Notes: generated by a model from the sequence alone, not told the origin. A stretch of 63,511 nt of DNA, filler included, from Octopus bimaculoides (GCF_001194135.2; 4 parts of 4 records of this genome joined end to end with filler, not necessarily neighbours in it), one strand, 5' to 3'. Shown: positions 40,089 to 53,100, numbered from the whole stretch's first letter. A program made the numbers and translations.

Positions 40089-40266
40089 CGTTCTTGGTGG
40101 TGGTGGGGGTGATAGCATCAGGAGAAATGGTGTTTACGTCAGAGACTTTGCTGACGGTATTGGTGCATGTAACCTTGGTTATGTTTTTGTGAGGAAGGCA
40201 ATGTAGGAAAATCAACATCAAATTAATTGGTGTAAAAATCAACGTTCGCTGAATGATCATCTTCAT
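37212..40266 (-). mobile_element. L1/Tx1-like LINE: ORF1 (38933-40266) and ORF2 endonuclease (37212-38096), separated by an N gap
   Basis: ORF1 is open for >300 aa with CCHC knuckle CYVCSSKTHLRSTC and one apparent frameshift near 39900. The endonuclease has PEGRLV.LDV, RLIAVYAP, LLVGEWNATLD, WTWSNRIGSSRSYLDR and GPDYWKLNAS. The RT is absent or hidden in a gap. Confidence 0.8.
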
Positions 40267-40429
40267 GGCTTGAAGACGCCATCCTCAAAAACAAAAATGG
40301 CCAAGAAAGCCGAAATTAATTTTGGAGAATGTGGAAATGTGCCACACAGGGCAGATTTCCCGTGCAAACAAGTTGCACAACAGAATCTATTAGTTGTTGC
40401 ACAACTTTTCTATATAAAATGCAATTGAA

Positions 40430-40545
40430 ATACTATGGAAGAGTTCAGTATCCTCATGAACAACCTACACCCGCCTCTCCAATTTACAAAGAAGATGAAT
40501 AATACCAAATTACCATTCCTAAATATACGGCTTTCCGTATCAAAA
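40430..40545 (+). mobile_element. Penelope-like RT C-terminal piece, inverted relative to the adjacent element
   Basis: LMNNLHPPLQFTKKMNNTKLPFLNIRL matches the PLE RT motif N..HP.I.FT.E.E....LPFLD. Confidence 0.75.
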
Positions 40546-40569
40546 TTAAGTGGAAGTGAATTCGTTTCA

Positions 40570-42200
40570 GTTGTTTTGGGAAGATGGGACATGGAAGTCG
40601 ATGTCATCCCGGATGGAACTGTCTATGTAGGTACATAGTGGTTTCAAAACAATGTCAGTAAAATTGCTTAGACGGTGGGTACAGCATGCTGGACCAACTA
40701 TATTAGGTCTAGGTTTCAAGCCTTTTGAATATAGTAATTTTATGTACTCACTTTCTTGTTCTTTTACTGCATGCTTATGTATTTTTTAACTTATATATTT
40801 TCGGTAAGCCGTAGAAGTTGCTGGGTTTGGGCTCGAAATTAGTGATATAGTCTCTTTCATTATCGATAAGTGAGTTATAGTGTTTTGAAACCAGGTTCTT
40901 GATCTTCTTCATAATGTGGAATCTATATTTGAAGGTATTTCACAATAGAAGCTTGTGTCCTTCAGTTGATCTTCAACCAAATCTTTGTAAGTAATCTGCA
41001 TCCATAATAACAACTGCGCCCCCTTTATCTGCTTGTTTAATTATTATTGTTTGATAGTTTTGTATACGTTTAAGTGCAGACATGTCCGATTTGTTAATGT
41101 TTGGCCTAACATTTGTATTGCGCTAAGGGGAAATTTTGACAGGATATCAATGTATTGCTCAAGATAGTTATTTCTTCCTTTTGATGGGGTGAAATTTGAT
41201 TTATTCTTTACTAGGGATTCATCAATCTCATTACTTTTATAAGTGAAGAATTCTACAAGTCGTAACTTATGACAGAATTTTTGAATATCCTCCTTTAGTT
41301 CTTGGTGGTTGCTTGTTGGTGTAGGTGTAAATTTCAGTCCTTTTGAGAGAAGTTGAATTTCATCATTGTTAAGATCTCTTTGGGATAAATTAATTATTTT
41401 AGGATCTATACGTTCAGTTGTTTTGGGTGTGTTTCATCTTAGATTTTTTTTCTTTCTCCGGTGTTTGTTGTCCTGACATTGAAAAATGGATTTTTCTGTT
41501 TATTATTTATGTTCCTGTTGTTGTTTGCTTGATGGACTTTGCGTTTTGGTTGTGGCATTTTACTTGGTTTCGTTTTGTTTCCAGTCCTGTTTTTTGTTGT
41601 TGTTTTTTTTTATATTATGTATATTATTAATCAATTTCCTGTTTGTATTGTTTTTAACAACCTGGAGGAATGACGTAGGTTTACTTCCAGATCTAGATCG
41701 GTTTTTTGCCCAATTTCTTGTAGGTAATCTTGGTTGAAGTTTTGAAAATGATCTCCGAATGGTCTGATCAAAGGAATATCTATCTTGTTTGCCCCCTATC
41801 TATTCATATTGTGTGCATCAGGGTGTTTGCAAAAAGGAAGAGTTCTTCCTGTTGTTCATCTTCAATTCATGGTGAAACGAGTGTTCATATTGCCACGTGC
41901 TCTGGTGAGATCGTTCACTTTTAATGTTATTTCTCAGAGTTCTAGAGTCTTTACCATAATTGGTAGTATATTTGTCGAGAAATAATTGTTTCTGCTGCCA
42001 TAACTTTCTTGATCAGCTTTCTTCTTTTGAGATATCTCTGATCTATAGTTCTCGCATTGTTTCTGCGATATTGCCAATCGTTAGTTTTGATATTTCGTCT
42101 CCAATTTGACCATCAATAGCTTCGTATTTGACTTTATAACAGGATTGTTTACACAGAGTAATGGTGTAGAATTTTGGCCCAGAATTTTGCCAAAGTAAGT
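40570..42200 (-). mobile_element. Penelope-like element, N-terminal and early RT region (degenerate)
   Basis: IINLSQRDLNNDEIQLLSKGLKFTPTP; NINKSDMSALKRIQNYQTIIIKQADKGGAVVIMD; PSNFYGLPKIYK; PRPNIVGPACCTHRLSNFTDIVLKPL. The part above ~41450 is less certain. Confidence 0.85.
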
Positions 42201-42984
42201 TTCTATAGCAGAAGCAGTTACCAGAGGCGTGTGTGCGAGGTTAAAGCCTCAGTTGCTTAATATTGTCTTCAATTAGGTTATACAAAGCCTCTTAATTCAG
42301 CTATTACGTGATCTGGTGATTGGGCGAGTTGGTTGGTCAAGTACAACTATCCAATCGTGTCGCTACAACAAGTCATTTTCCCCCGGTGGGAAAATCAAGC
42401 ACCAAGCCACAGAAGATATAAATAGCAGTTTTTTCGGCTGTCCGGCCTCTTCTACTTCAGGTCATAGACCATATGCAGTCACCGTCATTCTAATGACGTT
42501 TGCCTAGCAGTCTTCTTACTACCGTCGTTCTAATGACACTTGCCTCACCATCGTTTTCGCAACGAATATCAAACGGCTATCATTATATCCTACGTTATCA
42601 TAGCGATTTATTCAACAGCTAACTACACCACAGCCTGCTCGACATTGGCCTGTCATATTACCCATTCTACTCTACATTAGCCTATCATGTTAGCAATTTC
42701 GTTGAAACCTGCTATGAACAGTAAGTCTAAGCTATGAACTGAATATGTTTTCTGTCTAAGCCTCATACACGACACTGCACACACATTTCTGATACCCTTG
42801 CAATTTTGCCTCACGACAAGTTAGCGGTTACTTGTTATTCAAAAAGGATCCACATCATGTTAATATTTGATTTCTTACATTGTATGAAAAGCTGTGTTTG
42901 TATCATCTATCCCAAATAAATTCTATTTATTATTGAATGGAGTCTAATCTTCTTTTTACGACAGAATACTGTTATACGGAATAC

Positions 42985-43555
42985 TACATGGTCATCTCCA
43001 CACCACTGAGTTTGGTGTAATGTCGCGCTAGTATTCCGCTAAACTCCCATCGAACCTTTGTTTCCTCCTCTGGTTCTCCTACAAGTTCTTTAATTAGGTA
43101 CTTCCGAGGAAGCACGGGTGCCGCTAAAGAAATCCATTTCGAATGTGTTTCGGCATATTTTTCGCATTTATCCGCCTTCCAGAAGTTTTGTTTTCTTACG
43201 TTAAGAATTTTTTTCCATGTCTGCTACATCTCTTTTCTTTTTCGATGTGCTTCGTTTTCCTGATTCCTATTTTTTTTCTGACATCCAAGGAGGTTGTGGT
43301 AGATTTTCTCTTGTAGATTTTATAACTATTGGTATAATTTCAGCTAAATTCTTAATTTCAGAGTTTATATCTTCATTTACAAGTTTTCCGTCTGTAGGGT
43401 GTTTTTCTATTTCTTTTAAAATAGGGGATTGTGTGTCAATCATCGTAATGAGGGTTGACAATTTCAATGCAATTTCCATTAGAATTCTTTCTGATTCTTT
43501 TAATTTTGTTTGTTGCTTTCCAGATATTTTGGCATATACACAATAGGAACATATA
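42985..43555 (-). pseudogene. Unidentified ~190-codon frame with one in-frame stop; probably TE-derived
   Basis: KISGKQQTKLKESERILMEIALKL...PQPPWMSEKK*ESGKRSTSKKKRDVADMEKILNVRKQNFWKADKCEKYAETHSKWISLAAPVLPRKYLIKELVGEPEEETKVRWEFSGILARHYTKLSGVEMTM*. The frame continues across the TAG at 43267-43269. Confidence 0.4.
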
Positions 43556-43569
43556 TATATATATATATA

Positions 43570-43647
<78 letters not shown>

Positions 43648-43648
43648 G
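43570..43648. repeat. (GATA)n microsatellite
   Basis: Direct reading. Confidence 0.98.
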
Positions 43649-45264
43649 TAACGGTTATGATTGATTAGGTACACAATCAGCAGTTGTGACGATAAAAATT
43701 TGTTGTTGTTATATCGGCCTGTTGTAGGATGCGAAAGATGAACAACGCATGAAGTTTTAAGAAAGTATTTATTTTCCGTTACGTTGAAAAATACCATACC
43801 ACGACGGGCAGGTTATAATAGATCCAAAAGCATGCGAAGTAAAGTTTGTGTTTGTGTCCTCTTCATTGTTTAGTAGTAATCCACAGAAAGCGATAGTATG
43901 ATGTTGTAAGAGAACAGAATTAGAGCTAGTGTGAGTTGTAGGGTGTGGGACGTTGTCTCACAGTTGCTGACAGTAAATTTCATTTTTTCTCGCTGACCAT
44001 TGTCTTAGTAGCTACATTCATTGTGGTCATGATTATAGCAGCCCGTTCCCTACCTAATTGAGTCGTTCACGAGCCGCCTCGCTCTGTTGTCGCCAAGTGA
44101 CTACTTCGATTTTGCTCGGGGCTTCTTGTTTTTATAACTATCTAGAAGGATAGACATATCATTGAGAACAATAGATTTAGTTGGTGGTCTTGTTATCTCT
44201 ATTCTAGCTTTTGGTGAAGTAGCAGAGGTTAGAAAGGGTTAAGTGTTGAAGACATTATTTCGGCCTAGCTAAAGGCATCTAGAATATGTAAAACTGCTGT
44301 CAGAGAAAAACCATTGTTCCACCGTGTGTTAATTTAAATTTGGCTATAGTGGATCGAATCCACTTCATGCATGCAAGATCCACTACATACANNNNNNNNN
44401 NNNNNNNNNNNNNNNNNNNNNNNNNNNNNNNNNNNNNNNNNNNNNNNNNNNNNNNNNNNNNNNNNNNNNNNNNNNNNNNNNNNNNNNNNNNNNNNNNNNN
44501 NNNNNNNNNNNNNNNNNNNNNNNNNNNNNNNNNNNNNNNCACATATATATATATATATATATCATTCAACTACTACCGGAGTTGAATAATATTCTTAAGG
44601 CCACAATTTACTCACACCTTTCAAAGCTTGTTGCTAATTCAGTTCTTAACCAAATTGAAAACTACTAAGATTTTTGAAGAGGAGTGATCCCTAGCTACAT
44701 TTTGGCATAAAAAATTGAGATTTTATCCAGTAGAAAAAAGTTTACATCAAAATTCGTAGCAACGTTATAAGTAATGTCACCAATCAAGTTTAGATCTAAA
44801 TAACTTTATTTCAAAAGCAAAATATATTTATTTTAGCTTCAATGATAGAAGAAAGCACGAAGAGTTTCATAGTTTTGGTCCCATGCAACAAAAATTTGCA
44901 TAAAAAAGTTGTGAGATAAAATACCAGGAAAAAATATAAGTAAGGCAAAAAATTGGAGGGTATGCAAATTCATCAAGCAAAAAATAAGCATTTGGTCAAG
45001 ACTAAAAATGTGAAGACTTGGCAATAACTTAGGCAATAACTCAAGCAAATTTTACTGTGAATTTGTTGTTATAGGTAGATTTTACTGTAATATATAAGTA
45101 ATTTTCGTATTATTCTATTTATTGTACTAACTATCATCTTTTATAACGTATTTTCAAACGTCTAATTATTAATTAATAATTTTTTTAAATGTCAAAAAAT
45201 ATTTTGAGTCATTTAAAAATTTTTTTAATAGAAGTAACAAGTAATAACAAATAGAAGTAATATA

Positions 45265-45306
<42 letters not shown>

Positions 45307-45391
45307 TGTGTCTGTGTCTGTGTGTGTGTGTGTGTGTGTCTGTGTGTGTGTGTCTGTCTGTGTGTGCGTGTCTGTGTGTCTCTGTGTGTGT

Positions 45392-45427
<36 letters not shown>

Positions 45428-45473
45428 ATACATATACATAGGCGTGTATGATTGTGTATAGAAGAATATATCA

Positions 45474-46036
45474 CTCAAAGAAGTTTCAACTTTGATTTTC
45501 ACGTTTTATTTACAATCTTATAATAATATAATATAAGATGATATAATATAATGAAATGATAGAATATTAAATGTCCATTCTGATTGAACTAGTACTTTCA
45601 TGCATTAAACTATGCAATCTTTCTAAAAATAGCCAAACAATTACTGTTTTGGTCAGGGTCAAAATACAGGTCTCTTGACATGTTCAACAAACCGCGATGC
45701 CTAAACTAAACACTATTCAACATAAGTAATTTTAGTAAAGCCACATATTGATTGATCAGAATACAGTTTGCAAAACTTAACATTCTGGAGCCTATACAAA
45801 TGTATTTAAGGCACACATTTTAGCCGTCTCACTACAGTTATAAATTGTAAAACATAACTGTCACCACTACTCTATGAACTTGAAGATTGCATAGTTTAAT
45901 GCATGGAAGTACTAATTCAATCGGAATGGACATTTAATGTTCTATCATTTCATCATATTATATCATAATATATATATATTATATTATTATAAGACTGTAA
46001 ATAAAACGAGAAAATCAAAGTTGGAATTTCTTTGAG
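45474..46036. mobile_element. MITE-like foldback element, ~150-bp terminal inverted repeats
   Basis: 45474-45622 (ctcaaagaag...catgcattaaactatgcaatctt) is the reverse complement of 45882-46036 (aagattgcatagtttaatgcatg...ctttgag) with scattered mismatches. No clear TSD. Confidence 0.8.
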
Positions 46037-46073
46037 ATATCTATATATGTATATATGCATATGCGTGTGTGTA

Positions 46074-46108
<35 letters not shown>

Positions 46109-46208
46109 NNNNNNNNNNNNNNNNNNNNNNNNNNNNNNNNNNNNNNNNNNNNNNNNNNNNNNNNNNNNNNNNNNNNNNNNNNNNNNNNNNNNNNNNNNNN
46201 NNNNNNNN

Positions 46209-48935
46209 GTTCAAACTGACCGCGGTGGAAGTGACCACCTTACTATGACGGTCTTGGATCAAAGCCGTCAGGACATTCAACACCCGATATGTGATTCGAT
46301 CTTCAATGCAAAACAACCAACAAAAATCGGGACTTGGAATGTGAGGACACTGTACCAGTGTGGCAGACTGGCGTAGCTGCTTGAAGAAGTAGAAAGATAT
46401 CAGATGGACATCCGCGAAATGGCAGTGGACGGTTAGTCAGTGATGGCAGGACCGTTATCTACTCGGGTCACAAATTGGAAGACGTGCGAGGAGTTGGCAT
46501 TGTCATGTCCCTAAGTGCAGCTGGAACACTCATCGGATGGAAGCCTGCCAGCGATTCCTAATGCATCAGTTGTGGATGGAACAGTGATTGATACTATGCA
46601 ACAAAGACATATCAATTCCAGGATCACCGTCATCCAGGCCTATGCTCCCATCGAAGACACAGAAGAGGCCGATAAAGACGCTTTCTATGACCAACTACAG
46701 GACGCGTTGGACGACGCCCCTCATCACGACTTGGTCCTACTAACTGGCGACTTCAACGCCAAAAGCACAAGAAACCAACAAGGCTACGAGCACGTAATTA
46801 GCCCAAACGGCACAGCGACTGATACTAGCAGCAACAGCGAACGGTTGGTCTCGTTCTGCTCAACGAATGGGTTGGTGATCGGAAACACTTACTTCGAGCA
46901 GAAGTGGATCTACAAGGAAATGTGGCGATCACCAGATGGTCGGACCTTTAACGAGGTCGACTACGTCTGTACTAGTAAGCGGTGGAAATCGACCCTGCTG
47001 GACATGCGGACGTGCCGGGGAGCAGATGTGGGCTCAGATCATTACCTCCTCCTCATGAAGTATCGGCTTCGATTGAGGTGCTTGCCGCTCGTGCAGAGTC
47101 GCCCCCGCCCCTTTGCAGTGGAGAAATTTAAAGACCGAAGGACAGTCGATCAGTTCCAATAGGAACTGAGAAACCGATTCTGACCTTTCGCAGATGTGGA
47201 CGATGTCGACATCGACGGCTGCTTTGGGAAATTTAAGGAGGCAATTATCGAAAGTGCCGAGAAGACCATTGGCAGATTCCGTGGCACGTAGAAGGAGTGT
47301 TGGATCCTGATTGATGCAAGACGAAAGGCTAAAATACAACGAGACCTAGCGCAAACAGACGAAGCCCAGCAAGAAGCATCGGAGACGTATTGGCTCAAAG
47401 AGTGAAGAAGAGCTGTCGGAAAGACAAGCAGGTTTGATTGGAACAAAGGAGTCAGGAGGCAGCAGATCAAAATGATACGAATACTTTATACCGTATCGCA
47501 CGTGACCTTACCGAAACGAGAAGCAGACAAGGGGTGTCCGTCACGGACAAGAACGGGAAGGCATTACTGGCGGTCGAAAATCAAGCAATAAGATGGGTCG
47601 AACACTTTAAGGAGACGCTCAGTCAGCCAGCGCCTATGGATCTCTTTGCCCTTGATCCACCGATCTGGCAGTGAACACAGGTGAGATCACGACGGCCAAG
47701 ACCGTGGTAGCGATACGACTCCTGAAGAACAACAAGGTGCTGGGACTGGATATGGTGGCGGCATAGATGCTGAAACACGGTGGTCATCCCGTCATCAAAC
47801 ATCTGACAGCCCTCCTAAATGTATGCTGAACAACAGGCCAAGTCCCAGAGAATTGGCAACGGAGAGTAATCGTCAAGCTCCCAAAGAAAGGAAACCTCAC
47901 CGATTGCAGTAATTGGAGAGGAATTAAACTTCTGTCTTTCGGAGTCTAGATGCTGCGTTCGAACAGAGACTGGCTACACTGACTATTTCTCCATTGAAAC
48001 CGGTGTACAGCAAGGGTGCATGCTATCCCCTCTCTTATTTCTTATGGCGATCGACTTCGTCATGTGCGGGGCGATGCGCCAACGCGGATTTGGGATTCCG
48101 TGGTGTGAATCGGGGCGCCTAACTAGCCTTGACTTCGCCAACGACATCGCACTCCTCGGAGCAACGAAGAATGTTATTCGCACAATGACAGAGAGATTGG
48201 AATGGTAGGCGACTAAGATCAGACTCCGCATAAGTGCAAACAAGACGAAGATCATGAGGATTGGATATGTTGATGAGAATAACAATGGCATCCCCTTGAT
48301 GATTGGACAACACCAAATCAAAGAAGTTGATGAATTCGCCTATTTGGTCAGTTCGTGGCCAATGACGGAGGTGCTAAACGCGACGTTACCTGCCAGATTT
48401 GGAAGGCCTCGGCTGTCTTTCAAAGACTCAAACCCATCTGGGCAGGCAGGGCGATTTCGACCAAGACCAAAGTGTACCTCTTCAACAGCATTGTTATACT
48501 ATCGGCAATATACGCGGCAGAAACGTGGAAGACATCAGCAAAGATCGGGCGAAGGTTCAATGTATTTCAGCTACGATGCCTCCAGAGGATACTGTGAATA
48601 TCATACCAGGACCACATCACCAACGACGCGATACATCAGCGAACTGATACCCGTCCACTCTATGACATTGTCAATGAGCGCCGCCTGCAATTCACAGGCC
48701 ATGTCTTCCGATTACCATCGTTACAGCATGCGAAAACCGCAATTCTGTAGAAGCTACTGCATGGCAAGTGAAAACAAGGGCAACTAAAAGTGACTTAGTG
48801 CCGCACCTTCATCGATGACCTTAAAACTATTAAACATTTCATGGGATGAAGCTGAAATTGCTGCGGCCGACTGACCACGTTGGAGAAGCCTTGCCGCCCA
48901 TTGCGCCACACGGTGAAGGGAGATCTAAGACTAAG
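46209..48935 (+). mobile_element. RTE-clade LINE (AP endonuclease + RT), inactivated, RT internally deleted
   Basis: KIGTWNVRTL; VIQAYAP...GDFNAK; GLVIGNT...SPDGRTFNEVDY...RGADVGSDH; IVKLPKKGNLTDCSNWRGI; TGVQQGCMLSPLLF; LDFANDIALL; AETW..FQLRCLQRIL. 3' end atctaagactaaga. Confidence 0.93.
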
Positions 48936-49122
48936 ATATATGCATATATATATATATATATATANNNNNNNNNNNNNNNNNNNNNNNNNNNNNNNNNNNN
49001 NNNNNNNNTTAATTAATTAANNNNNNNNNNNNNNNNNNNNNNNNNNNNNNNNNNNNNNNNNNNNGTCAAATTGTCCAACCCATGCTAGCATGGAAAGCAG
49101 ACGTTAAACGACGACGACGATG

Positions 49123-49355
49123 TATGTGTGTGTATATGTTTGTGTGTCTGTGTTTGTCCCCCCCAACATCGCTTGACAACCGATGCTGGTGTGTTTATGT
49201 TCCCCGTAACTTAGCGGTTCGGCTTAAGAGACCGATAGAATAAGTACTAGGCTTACAAAGAATAAGTCCTGGGGTCGATTAGCTCGACTAAAAGGCGGTG
49301 CTCCAGCATGGCCACAGTCAAATGACTGAAAGAAGTAAAAGAGTAATAGAGTAAG
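49123..49355 (+). mobile_element. SINE family B, 3' half
   Basis: gtgtttgtccccccaacatcgcttgacaaccgatgctggtg...aataagtcctggggtcgat...ggcggtgctccagcatggcc...aagtaaaagag. Confidence 0.9.
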
Positions 49356-49749
49356 AGAGCGTGTGTACTACAGCAGTACTTTGTGTAGATTAAATACTGA
49401 GATTAAAAAGCAGGGGCAAATTATGCCTACTTAATCTATAAAAAAAATAAAACATTTTGAATTTTATGCATAGTAATCAGATTAACCTTCGTAATTTTGT
49501 TGAATTAGGTGCATATTTTGCCATGAGAGGAAAATGTTGCTATTGATCTATTTTATTCAAGGTACCTTACTTACCTAGGCAGCATGTCTCTGGGGTATAT
49601 ATATATGCACACACACACACACACACATACACAAACACACATGCACACGTACACACACATACATGTATGTATGCAAACACACATGCACACACACATACAT
49701 ATATGTATGCAAACACACACACACTCTCTCTCTCTTTCTGTATATTATA

Positions 49750-50090
49750 TATATTGGCAGAGAAATGGACAAGGTAATCAGAATAGTTAGAGCATGTGGT
49801 AGGATAAATAAGCTTAGGCTAGTCTTAGAAAATATGACAGCAACACATATCTCTACCTCTGCTCAACAATCAGAACTGATGGATGAACATAAGGACCGTT
49901 TTTCCAATCCCATTTTGCAGATTACCTTAATAATGAATGACAATAACATTATCATTATGGCTGGTGACTTCAGTAGATATGTTGGGCTGCATCTTGTGGA
50001 TGGAAGCTATGGATTTTGTTCTAGAAAGGCGGAAGGAGCAAAACTCTTGGCCTTCTGTGATGCAAAGATCTAAGTATCTGCAACACTATG
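49750..50090 (+). mobile_element. RTE-like endonuclease relic
   Basis: GRINKLRLVLEN...IIIMAGDFSRYVG...GSYGFCSRKAEGAKLLAFCDA. Confidence 0.7.
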
Positions 50091-50949
50091 AGAAACCAGT
50101 CAGTTACTCTGATTTAAATACTATGAAATTGTCAAGACAGATATATGCATGTGACTATAGCTACCACCACTATAGCCTAAGGCTTTTCTACATCATGTTC
50201 TTCACTTTCACATTTCAGTATTTGTTAGTTGACATAGTTTCTATGACTGGATATTCTTCCTAACACCAACCATTTTACAATGTGTATTGGGTGCTTTTTT
50301 TCACGCCACCAATGCTAGTGATGTCACCATGCAGTTTAAAAGGCTATAAGCTTCAGGTTGGGTAGGAGGACTTTATGCCAGGAGAATAAGTAGAGAGGGG
50401 TGAAGTATGAGAGAAAAGAGTTGGAGCAAGTAGGTTTCTTGCTAAAGAGAAGGTACATGATTATTCATGTTTTAAAAGAGAGTGGGCGGGGAGCTAGAAA
50501 TTGGTGATGAAGTGTTAGAGTGAACCTACAAGGTACAAGGTAGATAGGAATGAATAGGGCAGAAGTGAGTGGTAGGAGTTCAGCATGTCTAGTGTAGGTC
50601 GACAGAATAGATATTGTGATGTAGTAAAGAAGGGGATGAAACAGAGCTGGATGCTGTTGGGTAGGTTGCAGGAATGGATGGGGAAGAGAGAGGCCAGCAT
50701 GGTGTATGACAAAGGTGGGATGTATGGTGTGAAGGGAGGAGAAATAATTTGGTGCCATAGCTTAGGGTAGAATGATTAACGAAAGTATGGGTAGAGATCA
50801 GAATTAATGGATGAATGATGGATAACAAGCAGAGTGGTTCTGAGAAGAAAGAAAAATGATATCAAGGAGTAACTGCAGTTAGATGATTGGTGGTGGGTGT
50901 TTCGAGGAAGAAGGAAATTAGGTGAAGGGCCCAATTGTGCATATATATG

Positions 50950-53100
50950 CTCACAAACTCAGCTCTGCTGGAGCTCTGTTATGCCGAGTGGATCTTCTTG
51001 ACAACCACATACTGCCAGCCATCTTGGTCCTTTGTCATCATCTCCTCTATGATGTTTAAGGTTCTGAGATTAATCTTCACCATTTCATCTCATGTCTTCC
51101 TGAGTATCCTTTTTCCATAAGTTCCATCAACTTTTAGTAAATGGTACTTATTTATATAGCTGTTCTCATCCCTATTCATCACACAAGAAAGAAGACTAGC
51201 ACAGTTTTATTTCTTGCCCACTACATCTGATTCATCTTATATCCAGTTATTGTCTCAGCACATTTGTACTATGTCACTCATGCACACTTACATTGCAGCA
51301 GTGAGCTGGCAGAAACGTTAGCATGCAGGGCGAAATGCTTAGCAGTATTTCATCTGCTGCTACATTCTGAGTTCAAATTCTGCTGAGGTCGACTTTACCT
51401 TTCATCCCTTTGGGGTCGATAAATTAAGTACCAGTTACACATTGGGGTCGATGTAATTGACTTAATATTTTTGTCTGTCCTTGTTTGTCCCCTTTATGTT
51501 TAGCCCCTTGTGGGCAATAAAGAAATAGCACACTTACGTTGCACATCCAATGCAGCATACTCACTAAATTTCTATCCAATTTTCTTAAGTCCTCTGCATT
51601 CAAAGTTCATGTCACAAACATGCAGCATGGCAGTTCTAACACAAGCATCATACAGTCTACTCTTCAGCAGAGATAGTAGCTTTCCAAACGTTCTTCAACC
51701 TGTTCTTAACTCTGGCTACTATTCTTTCAAAGCAACCACCTACCTTGCTAATTACATCTCCTAGGTAACAAAAGTTATCAACTACTTCTAGTGAGTCATC
51801 CAGGCATTTAAGATAAACTATTTCCAGTGTGCTCCTATGTATTGCTCGAGTGCATCCCTCACAAATGAAGTTTATGTTCTCAGGTAGCCTGTTTGCGGTT
51901 CCATTACATCTCTTGTATATCCATAGCTTACATTATGTATAAAATATGGAATTTATACCAACTCCTTTGCTGTGTGTCAAACAAGGCCATTCACCTGAAA
52001 GTACCAGGGTCTTATCCTCTTTCCTACCTACCCAAAATCTTTGTCTTTGCTAGGTTTACCTTTGTCATTGCTAGGTTTTTGTTAGACCACTCAGTTCTAG
52101 GTTAAGTTTTAATGCCTGGAATTTTCACCCTAATTTGCCTATAGATTTAGCTACAGGATCATCAACATATATGTGTTCCCATGGACAGCCAGTCTTATAT
52201 TCCTCTATGATAGCCTCTTGGACTATTGTGAATGGGGGAGAACTGAGGAATGAATCTTAATGGCGTCCTATCTTCATGCTAGATTTGTTGCTGATTCTCA
52301 CTTTACTTACTTTATAGCTTGTACAGTCTTTCAAGCCATTCGTCAATACCTAGTTTCCTCAATAATCACAACATTACTGAATGTGGTAATTTAAATGCTT
52401 TCCCAAATCAATGAAAGCCAGGAATAGTGGTTTATTCTTAGCCAACTATTTCTCATGCAGTTGCCTCACTAGGAAGATTGTATCTATGGTATCTCTTCCA
52501 GGGACAAAGCCAAACATCATCTCATCCAGGCCTAACAGATTAATTGGGCTATGAAGTTCTCCATAACCTTCATAACCTTGTCTAGTAGTTTGAGTCTTCT
52601 ATGGATGCTTCTCCCTAAGACATCTCCTTTGCTTTTGCTAAACTACTTATTGAAAATGATATTAGTTGATTAAAAATCTAGGTGGTGATCTTGTATCTTA
52701 CCTCCCCAAATATTTTAAGCATTTCTGCAACTATTCCTGATAGATCTGCTGCTTTTCCTCTACTCATATTCTTGTTTTACCTACTGCACTGCTGTTGATC
52801 TCACACAAACAGTACTATTTTATTGTGCAGAGCATTATATAGATTATATCCACTTCCTCCTTCTTATCTGTGCATTTTGACACTTTTAGGTCAAACTTCA
52901 ATAACTTACTGTTCAGATTAACTAACAGCTTTATTAAAAATTATTATAAAAAATTCCATATTCATGTTATAGCGTTGCTTTCATTGCAATTTGCAATAAA
53001 CTCTTTCATACTAATGCAATTTACCAACACTTACAATGGACAAAGTCTATGAGAATGATATTCAACCAGTAAATTGTTCTGGTCCCCAGGGAGTCAGGGA
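50950..53100 (-). mobile_element. Old RTE-clade LINE (same group as 60380-62370 and 62540-63490), split by a SINE
   Basis: DEMMFGFVPGRDTIDTIFLVRQLHEK.LAKNKPLFLAFIDLGKAF; LEVVDNFCYLGD; LYDACVRTAML. Many stops; the boundary near 53100 is approximate. Confidence 0.8.
51298..51527 (+). mobile_element. SINE family A variant with 16-bp TSD (1 mismatch), inserted in the RTE
   Basis: gcacacttacattgca (51282-51297) / gcacacttacgttgca (51528-51543). Confidence 0.92.

Noticed and set aside
42420-42465. Hammerhead-like word on the minus strand (CTGAAG..GAAGA GGC cggaca GCC GAAA)
   Set aside because: The core is interrupted and there is no convincing stem III or stem I.
44245-44300. Hammerhead-like word on the minus strand (cct ttagct agg cc GAAAT AATGTC)
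   Set aside because: There is no CUGANGA and no matching stem I.
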